A stretch of DNA of 64,000 nt. It comes from Mobula birostris (lineage: Eukaryota). The DNA is taken from positions 75,008,098 through 75,072,097 of the forward strand of contig NC_092370.1 of assembly GCF_030028105.1 (NCBI RefSeq), written 5' to 3'. Below the pieces are notes generated by a model. It was not told where the DNA came from. It made no database searches and saw nothing but the letters and a program-made list of their open reading frames with translations. Below are positions 1 to 13,092 of the stretch, piece after piece. The number at the start of each line of letters is the position of its first letter. Positions within the stretch are counted from its first letter, which is position 1. Both the position numbers and the translations under genes were made by a program.

Positions 1-216
1 TCCCTGCCCTGGGAATTCAAGGAGACGATGTGGAGAGTATTATTGGAAATTGTTAGCAAGACTCCACTCGCTCACAGTAATTCCATTCAACATACAAGAT
101 GCAACGAGGTTTAATTCACGGGGAGCCGGGGTGGGGGGGGGGGATGCAGAGGGTTAAGGATCGTGCCCATGGTGTGGGCCATCTATGCTGCGATGGCCAC
201 TGTTCACGCTTCTCAC

Positions 217-748
217 CCCAGCTGTGTGCTGATCTTGATCTTGATGGAGATTCCATTAGTTCTCGCATCCCACCCTCTCTCACATCTGGCTGGATCCTGT
301 GTCCTGGGACAGATGGAGGTTTGTCCATATTGGAGGATGGCAGGCTGTCGATCACCCGGTAACCCAGAAGCTCTCCTCGCCCCCAAGTACGGGGAGTGGA
401 GGGCTGCGATTGCAAGCGCAGCTGGGACGCAGACGCTCCAGCCTGCTGCTTTGGCATGACAATGTCCCCACTAGGCATCCTCAGCGTGTGGGCACCCAGC
501 GGCAGTCCTGGGGAGGCAGTAGATACGCACTGCTCATTCCGTACACACAGCGTGGCAGTGGGACTCAGCCCCAGGTCTGCCAATGTGCTGATAAGCTCAG
601 AGTCTGTAAAATGTCTCTTGGGAAAGCCCTGGAGGAGGGAGATGGACAACAGCTCAGGGCACTGCTGTGTAATATACTCCTTCACGCTCTGCAATGTGTC
701 TTCCTCCCGGAATCTCTCCCGCAGCGAGTCTCCTGATGGAAGCCTGAT
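217..748 (-). CDS. UBA-UBX domain protein, exon 6 (UBX: IRLPSGDSLRERF...QGFPKRHF...TLADLGLSPTATLCV, plus Pro/Ser-rich tail); gene continues left of the window
   Basis: TTTCTCCAG acceptor; UBX hallmarks IRLP-G, FPK (FPR-like) loop, TLADLGLSP. 3' boundary inferred from a GG|GTGAGA donor at 216 and less certain; the frame otherwise reads to a stop at 116. Confidence 0.82.
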
Positions 749-1086
749 CTGGAGAAAGAGAGAAAAAACAGCAGCGGGATCAAGGACATGTATATGCAAC
801 ACCAAAATATCTACAACCCAGACAGCAGCCACGGAGAGTGATGGAGGGGAGTACTAGAGATGCATTCAAGAATCTAAGTAATAACAGGTGGGAGAAAAAA
901 AGAACAAACAAAAGAGATTCTGCAAATGCTGTAAATCTTGAGCAACACACACAAAATGGTGGCGGAACTCAGCAAGTAAGGGAGCATCTATGGATGGGAA
1001 TAAACAGTCAACACTTTGGGCCGAGACTCTTCATAAGAAAAGATGCAGGTGGCTGGTAACTTATAAAAACTGAAATAAAAGGAGTA

Positions 1087-2968
1087 CAATTACAAGAAAA
1101 GGCTTGTGAACCCTTTACAATTACCTGGTTTTCTGAATTACTCAGAGGCTTCATCAAAGTCACAATAATAGACAACACAATCTACCTAATCTAATAACAA
1201 ACAATTGTACTTCTCGTCAATATTGAGTAGACCATTTAAATAATCATAGCCTAGGTTCAAAAAAAGTATGTGAACCTCTGGGGTAATGCCTTCTACAAAA
1301 ACTATTTGGAGTCAGGTGTTCCAATCAATAAGATGTGGGTTGTAGAGTTGCCCTGCCCTTTAAAAAAAAAGTCACAAAGTCAGGCTACTGACAGATGAAA
1401 GAAATGATTGTGGACTTCAGGAAGGGTAAGATGAAGGAACACATACCAATCCTTATAGAGGGATCAGAAGTGGAGAGAGCGAACAGTTTCACGTTCCTGG
1501 GTGTCAAGATCTCTGAGGACCTAACCTGGTCTCAACATATCATTGCAGTTATAAAGAAGACAAGACAGCGACTATACTTCATTAGGAGTTTGAAGAGATT
1601 TGGCATGTCAATAAATGCACTCAAGAAATTCTGTAGATTTACTGAGGAGAGCATTCTGACAGGCTGCATCACTGTCTGGTATGGTGGGGGGGGGCAACTG
1701 CACAGGACTGAAAGCTGCAGAGGGTTGTAAATTTAGTCAACTCTATCTTGGGTAGTGGCCTACAAAGTACCCAGGACATCTTCAAGGAGCGGTGTCTCAG
1801 AAAGGCAGCATCCATTATTAAGGACCTCCAGCACCCAAGGCATGCCCTTTTCTCACTGTTACTCTCATGTAGGAGATACAGAAGCCTGAAGGCACACACT
1901 CAGCAATTCAGGAACAACTTCTTCCCCTCTACCATCCATTTCCTAAATGGACATTGAACCCATGACCAATACCTCACTTTTTTAATATATATTATTTCTG
2001 TTTCCACACAATTTTTAATCTATTCAATATATGTATACTGGAATTGATCTACTTATTTAATTTTTTTCTTCTTCTATATTATGTATTACATTGAACTGCT
2101 GCTGCCAAGTTAACACATTTCACAACTCATGCTGGAGATAATAAACCTGACTCTGAGCCGGCTGTTCTCAAGAAAGATCTGTTTATGTGCACCATGCCTC
2201 CATCAAAACAACTTTGAGGACCTTAGATGAAGAATGGTAGAGATACACGATGCTTGAAAATGCTACAAAAGCATTTTTAAAGACCCAAGTGTTCATCAGT
2301 CCACAGAAAGAGAAATTGTCTACAAATTGAGGAAATTCAGTATTGTTGCTACTCTCCCTAGGAGTGGGCATCCTGCAAAGATCACACCAAAAACACAACG
2401 GCAATGCTGAAGGTGGTGTAAAAGAACCCAAAGTAATAGCAAAAGAACTGCAGAAATCTCTAGAACTTGCTAAAGTTTCTGTTCATGTGTCCACTATAAG
2501 AAAAATACTGAAGAATGGTGTTCATGGAAGGACGCCATGGAGGAAACCACTGCTCTCCAAAAACACACTGCTGTGTGTCTCAAGTTTGCAAAAGACCACC
2601 TGTATGTGGTCTTTTAGGACTTCTGGGACAATATTCTGTGCAAAAACAAGACAAAAGTTAAACATTTTGCTGAAATGCACATTGCTATGTTTGGAAGGAG
2701 AAGGGCAATGCACACCAACATAAAAACCATATCCCAGCTGTGAAGCATGATGGAAGGAGCATCATGGTTTGGGGCCGCTTTGATGCTTCAGGGCCTGGAC
2801 AGCTTGCAATCATTGAAGGAACAATGAATTCAAAATTGTATCAAGACATTTTACAGGAGAATGTCAGGGTAGTGGTCTGTCACCTGAAACTTAATAGAAG
2901 ACAAGACAATGATCTGAAACACGAATAAATCAACAACAGAATGGTTTAAAAAGAAGAATGTGTTTTTG
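1087..2968 (+). mobile_element. Tc1-family DNA transposon remnant, interrupted by a Rex1/Babar fragment and cut on the right by CR1
   Basis: TA followed by a left end with a repeated TGTGAACC motif (~1105, ~1269); frameshifted transposase pieces VHVSTIRKIL..GRTPWRKPLLSK and KHDGRSIMVWG..GTMNSKLYQDIL..QDNDLKH. Confidence 0.8.
1395..2155 (+). mobile_element. Rex1/Babar-type LINE 3' fragment
   Basis: KEMIVDFRK..FLGVKISEDLTWS..RQRLYFIRSLK..ESILTGCITVWYG; AATAAA-containing tail. Confidence 0.8.
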
Positions 2969-5640
2969 AATAGAACAAGCATAGAATAGTACAGCACAGT
3001 ACAGGCCCTTTGGCCCACAATGTTGTGCCAACCCTTAAACCCTGCCTCCCATATAATCCCCCACCTTAAATTCCTCTATATACCTGTCTAGTAGTCTCCT
3101 AAATTTCACTAGTGTATCTGCCTCCACCACTGACTCAGGCAGTGCATTCCACGCACCAACCACTCTCTGAGTAAAAAACCTTCTTCTAATATCCCCTTTG
3201 AACTTCCCACCCCTTACCTTAAAGCCACGTCCTCTTGTGTTGAGCAGTGGTGCTCTGGGGAAGAGGCACTGGCTGTCCACTCTATCTATTCCTCTTATTA
3301 TCTTGTATACTTCTATCATGTCTTCTCTCATCCTCCTTCTCTCCAAACAGTAAAGCCCAAGCTCCCTTAATCTCTGATCATAATCCATACTTTCTAAACC
3401 AGGCAGCATCCTGGTACATCTCCTCTGTACCCTTTCCAATGCTTCCACATCCTTCCTATAGTGAGGCGACCAGAACTAGACACAGTACTCCAAGTGTGGC
3501 CTAACCAGAGTTTTATAGAGCTGCATCATTACCTCGCGACTCTTAAACTCTATCCCTCGACTTATGAAAGCTAACACCCCATAAGCTTTCTTAGCTACCC
3601 TATCTACTTGTGAGGCAACTTTCAGGGATCTGTGGACATGTACCCCCAGATCCCTCTGCTCCTCCACTCTACCAAGTATCCTGCCATTTACTTTGTACTC
3701 TGCCTTGGAGTTTGTCCTTCCAAAGTGTACCACCTCACACTTCTCCAGGTTGAACTCCATCTGCCACTTCTCAGCCCACTTCTGCATCCTATCAATGTCT
3801 CTCTGCAATCTTCGACAATCCTCCACACTATCCACAACACCACTAACCTTTGTGTCGTCTGCAAACTTGCCAACCCACCCTTCTACCTCCACATCCAGCT
3901 CGTTAATAAAAATCACGGAAAGTAGAGGTCCCAGAACCGATCCTTGTGGGATACCACTAGTCACAACCCTCCAATCCAAATGTACTCCCTCCACCACAAT
4001 CCTCTGCTTTCTGCAGGCAAGCCAATTCAGAATCCACCTGGCCAAACTTCCCTGGATCCCATGCCTTCTGACTTTCTGAATAAGCCCACCCTGTGGAACC
4101 TTGTCAAATGCCTTACTAAAATCCATGTAGATCACATCCACTGCACTACCCTCATCTATATGCCTGGTCACCTCCTCAAAGAACTCTATCAGGCTTGTTA
4201 GACACGATCTGCCCTTCACAAAGCCATGCTGACTGTTCCTGATCAGACCATGATTCTCTAAATGCCCATAGATCCTATCTCTAAGAATCTTTTCCAACAG
4301 CTTTCCCATCATAGACGCAAGGCTCACTGGTCCATAATTACCCGGACTATCCCTACTACCTTTTTTGAACAAGAGGACAACATTCGCCTCCCTCCAATCC
4401 TCCGGTACCATTCCCATGGACAACGAGGACATAAAGATCCTAGTCAGAGGCTCAGCAATCTCTTCCCTCGACTTGTGGAGCAGCCTGGGGAATATTCCAT
4501 CAAACCCCAGGGAATTATCCGTCCTAATGTATTTTATCAACTCCAACACCTCCTCTCCCTTAATATCAACATGCTCCAGAACATCAACCTCACTCATATT
4601 GTCCTCACCATCATCAAGTTACCCCTCATTGGTAAATACCGAAGAGAAGTATTCATTGAGGACCTCGCTCACTTCCACAGCCTCCAGGCACATCTCCCCA
4701 CCTTCATCTCTAATCCGTCCTAACTTCACTCCTGTCATCCTTTTGTTCTTCGCATAATTGAAGAATGCCTTGGGGTTTTCATTTACCCCAGTGGCCCCCA
4801 ACCTCCGGGCCGCGGACCAATACATTGCCGCGAAGAATGCAGCGGTGCAGTGGTGGCCGGGATGCACCCAGCACTTCTTTAACAAAGAAGCCAAAATAAA
4901 CAAGCTAATTAATTAGGTGCTGCCTGGCACGTAAATGTCGGCCCAGATCAGAGGCAATTGCCGATTGTGTCGCCTCTGATCCGGGCCAACATTTACGTGC
5001 TGGGTGGCATCTAATTAATTAGCTTGTTTATTTTGGCTTTGTTCTTAAAGATGTGCTGGGTGCGTCCCGGCCACCGCTGCACCCCTGCATGCTTCGTGGC
5101 AATGCATCGGTCCGCGGCCTGTTGGTTGGGGACCACTGCTTTACCCCACTCATCAAGGCCTTCTCATGCCCCCTTCTTGCTCTCCTCAGACCCTTCTTAA
5201 GCTCCTTTCTTGCTACCCTATATTCCTCAACAGACCCATCTGATCCTTGCTTCCTAAACCTCATGTATGCCGCCGCCTTCCACCTGACTAGATTTTCCGT
5301 CTCACTTGTCACCCATGGTTCCTTCACCCTACCATTCTTTATCTTCCTCACCGGGACAAATTTATCCCTAACACCCTGCAAGAGATCCCTAAACATCGAC
5401 CACATGTCCATTATACATTTCCCTGCAAAAACATCATCCCAATTCACACCCGCAAATTCTAGCCTTATAGCCTCATAATTTGCCCTTCCCCATTTAAAAG
5501 TTTTCCTGTCCTCTCTGATTCTATCCTTTTCCATGATAATGCTAAAGGCCAAGGAGCAGTAGTCACTGTCCCCCAGATGCTCACCCACTGAGAGATCTGA
5601 TCCGGTTCGTTACGTAATACCAGATCTAGTATGGCATTCC
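2969..5640 (-). mobile_element. CR1-clade LINE, 5'-truncated, decayed ORF2 reverse transcriptase
   Basis: ORFs 3476..4597 ([26 protein letters not shown]), 3035..3448 and 5028..5588. Confidence 0.92.
4789..5138. mobile_element. hAT-type palindromic MITE inserted in CR1
   Basis: Termini CAGTGG(C/T)CCCCAACC; 8-bp TSD ATTTACCC/CTTTACCC; the two halves are reverse complements along the whole length. Confidence 0.88.
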
Positions 5641-7237
5641 CCCTATCCAGGAGTCTCTTAAAAGACCCTATCATATCCGTCTCCACCACCGTCGCTGGCA
5701 GCCCATTCCATGCACTCACCACTGTCTACGTAAAAATAATTACTCCTGATATCTCTTCTGTACCTACTTCCAAGCACCTTAAAACTATGCCCTCTCGTGT
5801 TAGCCATTTCAGTCCTGGGAAAAAGCCTCTGACTATCCACACAATCAATGTCTCTCATCATCTTATACACCTCTATCAGGTCACCTCTCATCCTCCGTCA
5901 CTCCAAGGAGAAAAGGCAGAGTTCACTCAACCTATTCTCATCAGGCATGCTCCCTAATCCAGGCAACATCCTTGTAAATCTCCTCTGCACCCTTTCTATA
6001 GTTTCCACATCCTTCCTGTAGTGAGGCAACCAGAATTAAGCACAGTACTCCAAGTGGGGTCTGACCAGGGTCCTATATAGCTGCAACATTACCTCTTGGC
6101 TCTTAAACTCAATCCCACGATTGATGAAGGCCAATACACCATATGCTTTCTTAACCACAGAGTCAACCTGCAGAGCAGCTTTGAGTGTCCTATGGACACA
6201 GACTCCAAGATCCCTCTGATCCTCAACACTGCCATGAGTCTTACCATTAATACTATATTCTGCCATCATATTTGACCTACCAAAATCAACCACCTCACAC
6301 TTATCTGGGTTGAGCTCTATCTGCCACTTCTCAGCCCAGTTTTACATCCTATGGATGTAGAGCTGTAACCTCTGACAGCGCTCCACACTACACCCCCAAC
6401 TTTTGTGCCATCAGCAAATTTACTTACTAACCCATCCCTCTACTTCCTCATCCAGGTCATTAATAAAAATCACAAACAGAAAGGGTCCCAGAACAGATCC
6501 CTGAGGCACACCACTGGTCACTGACCTCCAAGCAGAATATGACCCGTCTACAACCACTCTTTGACTTCTGTGGGCAAGCCAGTTCTGGATCCACAAAGCA
6601 AGGTCCCCTAAGCCTTGCATGGGGTACCTTATTAAATGCCTTGCTGAAATCCATATACACTATGTTAGAGTGATTTTTGTGCTTAGGTCATCTACATTTA
6701 GCAAATGGCTTTGGCTACCAGTCTTCTGTTCATTGACAATGTATTGTGGATTTAGTTTGTAACAAAACATTTCTTAAAAGCTGTGAATCCCAGTCCACAG
6801 ACGATGCTGGCCTCTGTGGGATGGATGTGAACCAGAAGGTGTAAAGGTTTGCAAGTGGCTTCAAAAGAAAGCATCGTCTATACTTTGTAAATATGGAATT
6901 GTCCTTTGTGTTCAGCAACTATTGAGCCCCACGTTGGGCCGGCAGACCTTTCCACCTTTCCATCTCAGTATGATGCCTGCTGTACCCTGTTTTGTCAAAT
7001 AAAGAAGCTGCTTTGTATCTACAGTACCAGTAACTCTCTCTCCGGTGACTTCATTCACACAACACACTACATCTACTGCTCTACTTTCATCAATGCGTTT
7101 AATCACATCCTCAAAAATTTCAATCAGGCTTGTAAGGCACGACCTGCCTTTCACAAAGCCATGCTGACTATTCCTAATCATATTATGCCTCTCCAAATGT
7201 TCATAAATCCTGCCTCTCAGGATCTTCTCCATCAACA
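5641..7237 (-). mobile_element. Second CR1 LINE fragment, split by a solo LTR
   Basis: RT fragments in ORFs 5658..5891, 6036..6293, 6420..6620 and 6912..7253. Confidence 0.88.
6663..7064 (+). mobile_element. Solo LTR (402 bp)
   Basis: TGTT...AACA termini, 5-bp TSD CACTA (6658-6662 and 7065-7069), AATAAA at 6998-7003; removing it rejoins the CR1 motif AVDVV|YMDFSKAF. Confidence 0.82.
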
Positions 7238-7445
7238 TTTTCACACACATCAAGACCCACAGATTTTTGAAGCAGCTTCTTCCCCTGCACCATCATATTT
7301 CTGAATAGATAATGAACTCATGAATATTACCTCAGTATTTTTGTTCCTCAGTATTGTAATGTACTGCTGCTGCAAAACAAATCTCACATTTGCCAGTGAT
7401 ATTAAACCTGATTCTGATTTTGAACCCTGGCTTAGCATGACTCAC

Positions 7446-7595
7446 CACAAGGAGGCAATGTTTGCCCGCTGCTGTTTGAAGTTTGTCCCCTAACCTCTGG
7501 CTCTGCGGAGGTGGATCAGGCTGGCAGGTTGGCAGCAATTTTGCTTTCAGATTTTCACGATCATCGGCTATTCTCTTCAATGCCAATTCATGATC
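7446..7595 (-). CDS. UBA-UBX domain protein, exon 5 (DHELALKRIADDRENL...KHCLLV)
   Basis: TTGTAG acceptor, GTG|GTGAGT donor; 150 nt, phase 0->0; CLLV joins IRLPSG to form the start of the UBX domain. Confidence 0.9.
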
Positions 7596-9283
7596 CTACA
7601 ATGATAAAACAAACAAATGACTGCTTATCAAGGAAATAAATCAATACCCCAAAACCAATGGAAAACTAAGCAAAAACCCCAACAAAGCCCTTCACCTACT
7701 GCCCCTGATTATAAATCAGCTATTGGCTTATTTATTATGTTTAGAGGCAATCAAGAAACATTTGGAAGCCATTTGCGTGTCTAGATCTGAGATCCCAGTC
7801 ACAGCACAGAACTTTGCAAGTGAAGTGGAATGATAGGGTGGGAGACAACTTTTCTGCATTGGGAAGAATGTTATTCAAGCGTTACTTTTAAAAAAACTGA
7901 AAATCAGTCCTGACCTTGAAGCACATTTCCAGTCTGGATTCCAATCACCCTCAGCAGTGCCAGCCTAGCTTTTCCTCTGGAACAGAACTTGAAGCCACAA
8001 CTTTCTGATTCAGATAGAGGGTATTCTTTGTTGAGCCATAACTTACACATGAAGATGCGATAGGGGAAGCAGCATTTACCACGTCAGTCCCACTAGGACA
8101 CTTCAAAGATATCCAAACTCGTTTTCCATCCATATCCCATTCATTATCTCCTGGCTGCAAGTCAGAGCTGTCCAGTTATGGCAATGCAGAACCACTATTC
8201 ATTGTGGAGTACAATGGAGTACGATCCATTTCCATAGGTAGCACCCATTCCATTTAAGCAAACAGAAATTTCATTATGATGTCAGCTATGCACTAAGTTT
8301 CCATATTAAAAAGTATATTGTAAACTCAAATGAAATGGCTCAATCTTCAGCTGCATAAAGTTCCCTGCATTTCTTAGAGGGCAACTCTGTCTTGGTCCCT
8401 AGAGACTTACATTTCTTGCTGTTCCTTTCTGAAAGGAGGCGATGCCTGCTAAATACTTTAATGTGGCTAATATTTTGCTCAAAGGCCTTGTTAGCCAAGA
8501 CGAAGGCCAAGCTCACAGTCAAACCCAAACCCAAACCTCAATTTTACTCCTTTATTTGTTTATCTGTGTCTCTTCAACAAAGGTCAGTGAGTTGAAACCA
8601 GACTTAAAAACATTGGGGTGCATCATTGACTTAAAGGAGGTGCAGGTGGACCACCCCTTCAATCTGTACAAGGTCTGAGGTGAATGGGCTCCTGTACTGA
8701 CATCAGATGAAGGGCTAAAGCAGTCAGAGGCAGTGCTGATGAAAGGAAAGCCAATATACTTGCATCCCTTAACAGGTGTTCCCAATGTGTCCCTGGATGC
8801 CTTGATGGTAGAGGCCGGGGGTGAAGAGGTGGAGTTGGGGAAAGCGCTGGGAAATAAGTAACAGGTTCTTGAATGGTAATCCCACACGTGCAATATTTTG
8901 GCTCTATCACAAAGGCAGGCCACCTGGATGGGTGTTGGAAAACAGACCTTGAACTCCCTAAGCCCATTATGATACCCTCATTGCAAGTAACACAGACTTG
9001 GAATCAAAGTCTCAGCTTTCAGGCTGAAGAGTCTTGGAGAAGACCTCCCAGAAGGAGCTTCAACTGTAGTCGGTCTTTCGTCTGCCTCTTGCTGGCGACG
9101 TCCTGCTGAAATTGATCAGACTCCACACATCCAGAAATGAACAGACCAGGCATAGCAGTGGGGCCCAGATACTAAGCTGACATGTGGCAAGGGACACTAA
9201 GGTAAAGGAATTAAGGAACTGTACCTTAGCCACCACCAAGGAGAGAGGTAGGGCAGAGGGAGCTCTGCATCATTACTATTTAC

Positions 9284-9387
9284 CTTCTGCTTCTTTCGCC
9301 TCTCAGCTTTGATTTGTTGAGCATCACGCTCCCTCTGCTGCTCCTCGAACTCCTTCAAATTATGGTTTCTCCTGGAGAGGGACAATG
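9284..9387 (-). CDS. UBA-UBX domain protein, exon 4 (charged coiled coil ALSLSRRNHNLKEFEEQQRERDAQQIKAERRKKQK)
   Basis: TTCTTCCTCAG acceptor, AAG|GTAAAT donor; 104 nt, phase 1->0. Confidence 0.88.
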
Positions 9388-10759
9388 CTGAGGAAGAAAC
9401 GGATACACCAAAGAAGCAAACAAAAATATCAAAACAAAAGTACTATCAGAGAAAGGAAGGTAGAAAAGGAAGGCCATGTGGCAGGTGTGGAGAAAAAGGA
9501 CTTCAAAATTCTGAGTGTCTAAGTGGGAAATACAGTAATTCCACTGGCAATTCGAAATAATTAAAAGAATTGAAAATCATTTTCCTCAGTGAGGACAATT
9601 AAGTTATTCAAAGGTCAATAAGTGATTCTTCACATAAAATTCCAGGCAGGAACTCTTCCTCCATCAAAAAAAGACTACACACCATTTGAAAACTTAAACC
9701 TTGAGATTTGACCCCAGAGCGCAAGGTTCAAAAACTCGTAGAAATGGGAGGTTCAGGCTGAGATAGATTGCCCCTGTCAAGCTATACCAGGGAAATAAGC
9801 TCAAAGCTGAAATGAGCAACAAACTACTGGAGGAACTCAGCAGGTCAGGCAGCGAATAAGGAGAATGAACAATTGATGTTTCAGGACTGAAAGATACAGG
9901 GGACATAGTCAGTAGAAAAAGGTTGTCTCCTCTCTAACTCTCAGTCCAAATGAAGGGTCTTGACCCAAAATGCCAAGTGTCCATTTCCTTCCACAGATGC
10001 TGCCGAACCTGCTGAGTGTGCTTGTACCAGATTCCAACATCTGCAGTTTTTTGTATCTTGAAGCAAAACAGTTTCCTCTCATTCCTGTGGTCAAAAGGAA
10101 TGAACAGTTGCGATCATTCCTCAGATCCTGTTTGGGCATTTAAGTAATTGACAAGCTGCACTATTCTGAGTGTCCCCAGAGAGCATTCAAGGAAGTAACT
10201 GACTGCTTATGGCAAGGAGTTTTGAGCAAAATCTTATGCTGCATACCTTATAAAGGACGAAAGGAGATAGTCACCCAAAAAAGTACACCAGCAGGTACTT
10301 GTAGAAAAACATTTCAACATCTCCAGCAATATTCAGAGTTTTAGGATTTTTCGACGTGCTTTAAAGCTATTACTATAGGTTACAAAAATAGATAGTGCAA
10401 AACAAGAATGACACAGTAGAGTTGCTACAGGACAACAAATTTCACAATAGACGTCAATGATAACAACCACATTCTGAAGTGGAGACATTATTGCAATTTC
10501 GGAAGCATGGAAATCAGTGGATAAAAACTAACAACCATCTATCCAACACACAAAATGCTGGACGAACTCAGCAAATGAGGCAGCTTCTATGGAAGGGAAT
10601 AAACAGTCAATGTTTGGGCTGAGACCCTTCATCATGATCCTCCATAGATGCTGCCTGACTTGATTTCCTCCAGCATTTTGTCTGCGTTGTTCACTAGTTC
10701 CAGCATCTGCAAAATCTCTTATTGGCTGCCCATACAATCTGTTTCAATGATACTGGTTG

Positions 10760-11000
10760 AATAAGTAAATATTGGACCACAAGATCTTCCCTTGATGGAC
10801 ATAAAATTAACAGGGCATCAGTATAGCATGTCACCTGAAAGTTCGCATTTTGAACTCTGCAGTAATCCCCTAGTGGTGCACCACCAACAGCAGTACTACC
10901 TTAGTACTGTCCTCCCCTCCAGCAGTGTAGTGCTCCCTCAGAAAGCCTGTTGTTCTCTCAGTCCTGTCCCCTCCGACAGTGTGGCAGTCCCTCAGAGCCG
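10760..11000 (+). mobile_element. Degenerate DeuSINE-like (SacSINE/AmnSINE-type) remnant
   Basis: Resemblance, from memory, to the Deu core; repeated CCTCC(A/G)..CAGTGT..TCCCTCAG units. Confidence 0.35.
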
Positions 11001-12043
11001 GTGCAAGGGGTTGTGCAAGTTACCAATTCCGTGAATATGATTTGCATTCAGTCAGAGACAAAAGTTCTAAGCCTCAATGTGCCAAGATGACGTACTGACA
11101 CTGCCAAATAGGAGCCAGCACTTGGGCAGCTTTCAGTTTGTACCCAGCAACAATATATCAAACTCAGGACTCATTGTACAGAAGAGATTTAGTTTAATTT
11201 GCCATCATGGTCGGCACAGGCATTGTGGGTCAAAAGGACTGTTCCTGTGCTATGTTCTAAGGTTCAGCTTAACTTCCCCACTTTTGTACTCTACACCGTT
11301 ACAAAACTCAGGATCCCTTATGCTTTAACTGCGTTTTCAACTTGTTTTGCCATCTAGAAAGATTTGTGGATGCACAGGCTTGGGCTTCTGTGCTGAGAGC
11401 CTTTCGATTATATTGCTGCTACTCCTCACACTGAGCAGCAGAGTACAAGATCATCGAGGGCTTTATTTTCAGTTTGGGATCACTGTTGGGGCAGCTGACA
11501 AGCTGCATGGCATTAACCTTGATTTGGGACCACTTGATTTGTGATCAGGAGTGGATGTGGATTCCTCCTCTCCCCAGTACAATATAACTACACAAACACT
11601 AGGTAGATGTTGCATTATTTGCTACAAACAGTGGGTTTGTTGTGGTATTGTAATCAGGCAAGAGATCAGCAGCTATACAGACATAGAGGATTCAGCAGGG
11701 ATTATGACACTTTTGACATTATAAAACTGGTTCATCTCCCTCTGTTGACTTTAGTAAACCCTTAGTAATCCCAGTGCTGTTAGCAGCTGCCCTCCCAGTT
11801 CAGACACTAGTAACTTAATTCCTTTCTCCTCCACAGATGCTGCTAGACCTGCTACATTCTTCCAGCGGATTATCTGTTGCATTCATTACTAGTCATTCCC
11901 AAGTACTGACAGTAACCATCAGTTTACTACTATATGCTTAAACCACAATTGTCCCAACTTCTAGTCAGCTCCCCTTGCAAAACCATCCCCATTAATCAGG
12001 ACATCCCATCCACCCTCCATTGGCTGGCTTGACATCCCCTTAC

Positions 12044-12207
12044 CTTGCTGGGGTTTTACACTGCTGGATGCGTTGCCTCTCTGGCTGACCACACTGTTGG
12101 ATGCGTTGCCTGTCTGGATGAGAGGTGGATTAAATGCCGATACTGCCCCAGCTGTTAAGGCCACTGACTCCTGTTGTCGTGTGGCGCACTCCCCTCCTTG
12201 CAGCAAC
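12044..12207 (-). CDS. UBA-UBX domain protein, exon 3 (LLQGGECAT...SVKPQQ, end of UBA plus linker)
   Basis: Polypyrimidine TGTAG acceptor, AAG|GTAAGG donor; 164 nt, phase 2->1; completes the split Trp codon; within ORF 11961..12221. Confidence 0.88.
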
Positions 12208-12490
12208 CTACAGACAAACAAAAAAACAATAATATTTATTGCAAGATCTACTGCAAGAAATTGCTAAATTAAATCAAACATTGTGAGAATAAAAAATGCT
12301 GGAAACACAACAGGTCAAACAAATTCTGTGGGGGGGGGGCGGAGTTCATGTTTCAGGTCAAAAACCATGTCAGAATCTCCTATAAACTGAACTATTTCTC
12401 ATTCTACAGATGCTGTCTGACCTACTGAGCGTTTCCAACATGGGAATGTTGTTCAATAATTATAGAAGTATCAAAAACTCCGCTGTTTTT

Positions 12491-12495
<5 letters not shown>

Positions 12496-12527
<32 letters not shown>
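12496..12527. repeat. (TA)n microsatellite
   Basis: Direct reading. Confidence 0.95.
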
Positions 12528-12537
<10 letters not shown>

Positions 12538-13092
12538 AATAAAAATAGTATTTTTTGACCCAGGAACTTGACTGGGTCAATGCACAATGCTGCTGCAAGA
12601 GCTGAGAGATGAAGAGGAAACACTGGTAAATAATTTTGATACACATCCCTCTTTCTCTCTTTTGTCAAAGATCTCTGAAACCCAAGTACTGTACTTTGAA
12701 GTGCAGAAGCCCAGAAAGATGAATAGATTAGGGCTAATTGTTCTATTGGGTAAGTAAAGAATGTTTGACAGGCACTGAGATAACAACTTCTTTAAAGATC
12801 TACAGGAACATTTGGATGGATCACTTGCTAGCAGCAGCAAGATTCTCAAGCTGAAAAATGTTAGTTAATATTTTTACACAAATGTGGAAATCAAAAGGGA
12901 CAAGAAATAGGGACTACAGAAAATCCAAAGAGGCTGGACATAGATTTTCTGTACCCTTCTGGTCATCATCTCCTGGTGTACACTTATGTCATTTTTGAGA
13001 GAATCTGGACAGTGTTTTGGGACATTTTAATTCATGGATCAGGGCTTATAACTGCAAGCATTTTCTCTGGGTCTCAGAACAGACTCACTCAC

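Noticed and set aside
749-832. N-terminal part of ORF 116..832 (MAAVWVVD...FSLFLQ) as a protein start
   Set aside because: Intronic polypyrimidine tract; the UBX domain is completed by splicing from exon 7446-7595
7951-9110. Short ORFs and splice-like sites in intron 4 (7951..8160, 8552..8923, ~9020-9106)
   Set aside because: No recognisable domain; exons 4 and 5 already join in frame
9371-9373. Second acceptor (CTCTCCAG) 16 nt inside exon 4
   Set aside because: Out of phase with exon 3; only the 9387 acceptor keeps the frame
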